This document shows positions 61,112-64,000 of a stretch of DNA of 64,000 nucleotides, in pieces. A model generated the notes under the pieces. That model had not been told where the DNA came from. It searched no databases and worked only from the letters and a program-made list of their open reading frames with translations. Source of the DNA: Veillonella sp. GTDB lineage: Bacteria > Bacillota > Negativicutes > Veillonellales > Veillonellaceae. Position numbers and translations under genes: made by a program. The stretch spans positions 561,376 through 625,375 of the forward strand of contig NZ_JBGKFB010000001.1 of NCBI RefSeq assembly GCF_041333735.1. Direction: 5' to 3'. Every line of letters begins with the position of its first letter. The first letter of the stretch is position 1.

Positions 61112-61146
61112 AAAAAGAGTCGCATCTTAAAGACGCGACTCTTTTT
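61112..61146. terminator. Bidirectional terminator
   Basis: AAAAAGAGTCGC...GCGACTCTTTTT. Confidence 0.85.
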
Positions 61147-61543
61147 ATTTCGGCTCTTTCTCTAAAAACACTTTAAAGAACTCAATAAACTTTGGTAAAT
61201 ACGTTTGATCTAAACTTTCAATAGTCATATGACATTTGTAATTATAAGTGGTACAGATGTTAATCTCCATCGTTAGAGCACCCTTTTGATCTAACGAGAA
61301 TGTTAGGGTATCCCCTTCTCCAGTTAATACATATGTAAAGGTTGCTTTGCCTCTACAGTTCTCATACAAATCAACTAATTCTTGATAGCCTTTGCGAATT
61401 CCGGACCAATCACTAGGATCAATATAGCCAGAACAGATATTATAGCCTCGTTTAATATATACGCCAAATACACCAAATTCAGATAGCTCTACATCCATAT
61501 CAAAAGCAATTGTTAAATTTGGTTCATTTACGATTTCATACAT
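61145..61543 (-). CDS. Hypothetical protein, possibly WapI-like immunity protein
   Basis: LYENCRGKATF...FSLDQKG...DQTYLPKF pattern. Confidence 0.55.
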   Translation of the reverse strand: MYEIVNEPNLTIAFDMDVELSEFGVFGVYIKRGYNICSGYIDPSDWSGIRKGYQELVDLYENCRGKATFTYVLTGEGDTLTFSLDQKGALTMEINICTTYNYKCHMTIESLDQTYLPKFIEFFKVFLEKEPK

Positions 61544-61606
61544 AGTACATCACACTCCAGAAACAGCAATATTTTGTTTATTATACCATTATATCGGGGC
61601 GAAATA

Positions 61607-62089
61607 TTACAATGTTTTCTTAAAGAATATAGTTGTATGTACCTTTCCTGGTAGTTGTACTCGCTTATATTCTTTAAACCCAAAGCCTTCATACATTTTG
61701 GCAAGCCACGGGTGTTCTGCAGCAGTGCCTAACGTTACGGCTGGTGTTTTATATACATTACGCAGTAGGTCTTCTGCTTCGGCGAGGACTTCACGAGCAT
61801 AGCCCTTTCCCTTATGTTCAGGGGCCGTCACAAAGTGCGCAATATGCGGATATACATCTGGTGTAGCCTTGGGAATCCAAGGCATGCGGAATGAAATAGA
61901 GCATACCAAAGAGCCATCTACGTAGAGGCCATATACTGGATATTTTAAGATCCATGCACGAGACTCTTCTTGGCTAAAGTTGATGGCATCGAAAGATATA
62001 GGATAGTTCTTATTCTCTGCATATCCTGCAATCAACACCTCGTGGTACTCAGCCGCATCATCTACGGTTAATTGTCTAAATTCTTTCAT
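61607..62089 (-). CDS. GNAT acetyltransferase (YxeL/SnaA-like)
   Basis: PEHKGKGYA, TLGTAAEHPWLAKMYE; last gene of the amino-acid ABC operon. Confidence 0.85.
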   Translation of the reverse strand: MKEFRQLTVDDAAEYHEVLIAGYAENKNYPISFDAINFSQEESRAWILKYPVYGLYVDGSLVCSISFRMPWIPKATPDVYPHIAHFVTAPEHKGKGYAREVLAEAEDLLRNVYKTPAVTLGTAAEHPWLAKMYEGFGFKEYKRVQLPGKVHTTIFFKKTL

Positions 62090-62101
62090 TATGTACCTCG
62101 T

Positions 62102-62875
62102 TTATAAAGCTGCGCTATCAAGAGGCAATTCACTATCTAGTGTAAGGTAACGGCTCAAGAATTTACGTGTTCGTTCTTCTTTAGGATGTTCAAGGACCAC
62201 TTGAGGATCACCTTGTTCTACGATGACGCCGCCTTCCATGAAGACGACTTGGTCAGCCACTTCTTTAGCAAAGCCAATTTCATGGGTTACGATGATCATC
62301 GTTACCTCTAACTCTTTAGCAATTTTGCGAATAACAGCCAATACTTCCCCTACGAGCTCTGGGTCAAGAGCTGATGTAGGTTCGTCAAAGAGGATAACCT
62401 CTGGATCCATCGCAAGGGCACGAGCGATGCCGATACGTTGCTGTTGGCCCCCAGATAATTGTACAGGATAGTAATCGTCATAACCTTCCATGCCTACTTC
62501 CTTGAGGAAGCGTTGCGCAATCTGGCAAGCCTCAGATTTTTTCATTTTCTTAACTGTTACAAGGCCTTCCATGATGTTTTCAATAACAGTCTTATTAGAG
62601 AATAAGTTATAAGACTGGAACACCATAGATGTATTGCGGCGTACGTTTAAGATTTCCTTGTTAGACGCTTTATGTAAGTCTACAGAAATATCATTCAATT
62701 GCATCGTCCCTGCGTCGGCCTTTTCAAGGAAGTTGAGCGTTCTAAGAAACGTCGTCTTACCGCTGCCAGATGGGCCAAGGATAACCGTTACAGACCCTGT
62801 TGGCACATGTAGGTCGATGCCCTTTAAAATTTCACGGTTCCCGAAGGATTTGTGAACTTGTTTAATATCTATCAT
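62102..62875 (-). CDS. Polar amino-acid ABC transporter ATPase
   Basis: [29 protein letters not shown]. Confidence 0.95.
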   Translation of the reverse strand: MIDIKQVHKSFGNREILKGIDLHVPTGSVTVILGPSGSGKTTFLRTLNFLEKADAGTMQLNDISVDLHKASNKEILNVRRNTSMVFQSYNLFSNKTVIENIMEGLVTVKKMKKSEACQIAQRFLKEVGMEGYDDYYPVQLSGGQQQRIGIARALAMDPEVILFDEPTSALDPELVGEVLAVIRKIAKELEVTMIIVTHEIGFAKEVADQVVFMEGGVIVEQGDPQVVLEHPKEERTRKFLSRYLTLDSELPLDSAAL

Positions 62876-63588
62876 AATGCATTACCTCGTTTATACTTGC
62901 TTGCATAGACTTCTAAACGATGGAAGATAAATTCAAAGACAATCCCCATCACCCAGAATAGACCGGCCACTACGATGTAGGCCTCAAAATACTGCGAATT
63001 TTCCTCTGTATATAACTTTGCAGCACCGAACAATTCAATAACAGTAATAACGAATACGATGCTCGTACTCTTCATGGTGTTAAGGAATTGGTTAGTAAAT
63101 AGTGGCAATGCAAAGACTGTCGCTTGTGGCAATACGATACGACGAAACGCTTGGAACCACGTCATACCAATAGCTTGAGCCGCTTCCATTTGACCTTTCG
63201 GTACCGATTGCAACGCAGCCCGGAAGATTTCACTCAAATACGCCCCTGTATGCAAGGTTAAGCCTACAACGGCTACGAAGGTAGCTGGCACCTTTTCAAA
63301 TGGCACATGTACCCCAGTTTGATCCTCTAGTGCGAGGAATAAAATTGGCAAGCCATAGTACACGAGGTATAAGAGAACCATGTTCGGAATACTACGGCAC
63401 AATAATACATACAAGTAGCTGAGCTGACTGAGCACAGGTACTTTATTTTGTTGTAGCACGCAACTTAATAGCCCTAGGATTGTACCTAAACCAACGCTGA
63501 GGAAGGTAATCATGAGGGTTACTTTCACATAAGGAATGACAGCAAAGAAGGTGCCATAAATATAGGTTGAATCAATAATATGTCCCAT
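62872..63588 (-). CDS. Polar amino-acid ABC transporter permease
   Basis: [11 protein letters not shown]...[11 protein letters not shown]. Confidence 0.94.
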   Translation of the reverse strand: MGHIIDSTYIYGTFFAVIPYVKVTLMITFLSVGLGTILGLLSCVLQQNKVPVLSQLSYLYVLLCRSIPNMVLLYLVYYGLPILFLALEDQTGVHVPFEKVPATFVAVVGLTLHTGAYLSEIFRAALQSVPKGQMEAAQAIGMTWFQAFRRIVLPQATVFALPLFTNQFLNTMKSTSIVFVITVIELFGAAKLYTEENSQYFEAYIVVAGLFWVMGIVFEFIFHRLEVYASKYKRGNAL

Positions 63589-63594
63589 TAGCCC

Positions 63595-64000
63595 CTACTC
63601 CTCACTGATCAAAATGCGTTGCGTTTCCTTGCCCGCAACGGTAAAACGTTTTTCAAGCAATCGGCCCAAGAGGGACACGATGATAATGAGAATGCCATAA
63701 ATGATGGCTGCATCGACGAATAGCTCAAGATAGCGCTGACTATTGCCGCCCATGAGGTCCGCCTTACGCATCATATCGACAACGCCGACGTTAAAGATGA
63801 GCGCTGTCCCTTTCAACATGCCGATAACGAGGTTCGTCAACGGTGGAATGCTCATGGTGAAAGCCTGCGGCAAGATGATGCGCACATAGCTTTGGAACTC
63901 CGTCATACCAAGACTTTTAGCAGCTTCCTTCTCACCAGGAGCCACCGCATCAATACTGGAACGCATGATTTCAGCACTATACGCTGCAATATGTAATGTA
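63595..64000 (-). CDS. Polar amino-acid ABC transporter permease (5' end outside the window)
   Basis: AAYSAEIMRSSI...GEKEAAKSLGM...IILPQA. Confidence 0.92.
   Translation of the reverse strand, partial: TLHIAAYSAEIMRSSIDAVAPGEKEAAKSLGMTEFQSYVRIILPQAFTMSIPPLTNLVIGMLKGTALIFNVGVVDMMRKADLMGGNSQRYLELFVDAAIIYGILIIIVSLLGRLLEKRFTVAGKETQRILISEE

Noticed and set aside
1938..62855. Numerous short ORFs antisense to or nested in long genes (ileS, trp, fusA paralog, cysK, ECF, rbs and others)
   Set aside because: Shadow ORFs of well-supported genes, with no independent signals

Overview
This is a low-GC chromosomal window, most likely from Veillonella (Negativicutes); that assignment is inferred from gene content and style and was not tested. 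Core genes include ileS and a trpE-G-D-CF-B-A operon, both with T-box leaders whose Ile (AUC) and Trp (UGG) specifiers are visible. Also present are a four-gene DUF805 array, an MFS transporter, a DcuC-type transporter with two M20 hydrolases, two EamA transporters, an EF-G paralog, a HydE-like radical SAM protein, yaaA, mntH, tRNA-Ser(GCU), dps, cysK-cysE, queF, amtB-glnK, cstA, an ECF transporter with a fused S-ATPase subunit, rbsKDACB and an amino-acid ABC transporter with a GNAT gene. The most notable signals, most of them absent from the ORF track, are: (1) an AbiF/Abi_2 HEPN gene whose last codons contain a TTGACA-N17-TAATAT promoter facing a ~65-nt two-hairpin candidate RNA antitoxin; (2) an unannotated 25-aa amphipathic peptide gene with a strong RBS and terminator; (3) a ~500-bp structured non-coding insert between trpG and trpD with two inverted, covarying REP-like hairpins sharing a 13-nt core with an IS200 end hairpin; (4) a his operon collapsed by two deletions; (5) an ANTAR-like element upstream of amtB; (6) decayed toxin-antitoxin modules (Fic and Phd); and (7) an intact IS200 abutting a dead IS200 tnpA. 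No CRISPR array, rRNA or prophage was seen.
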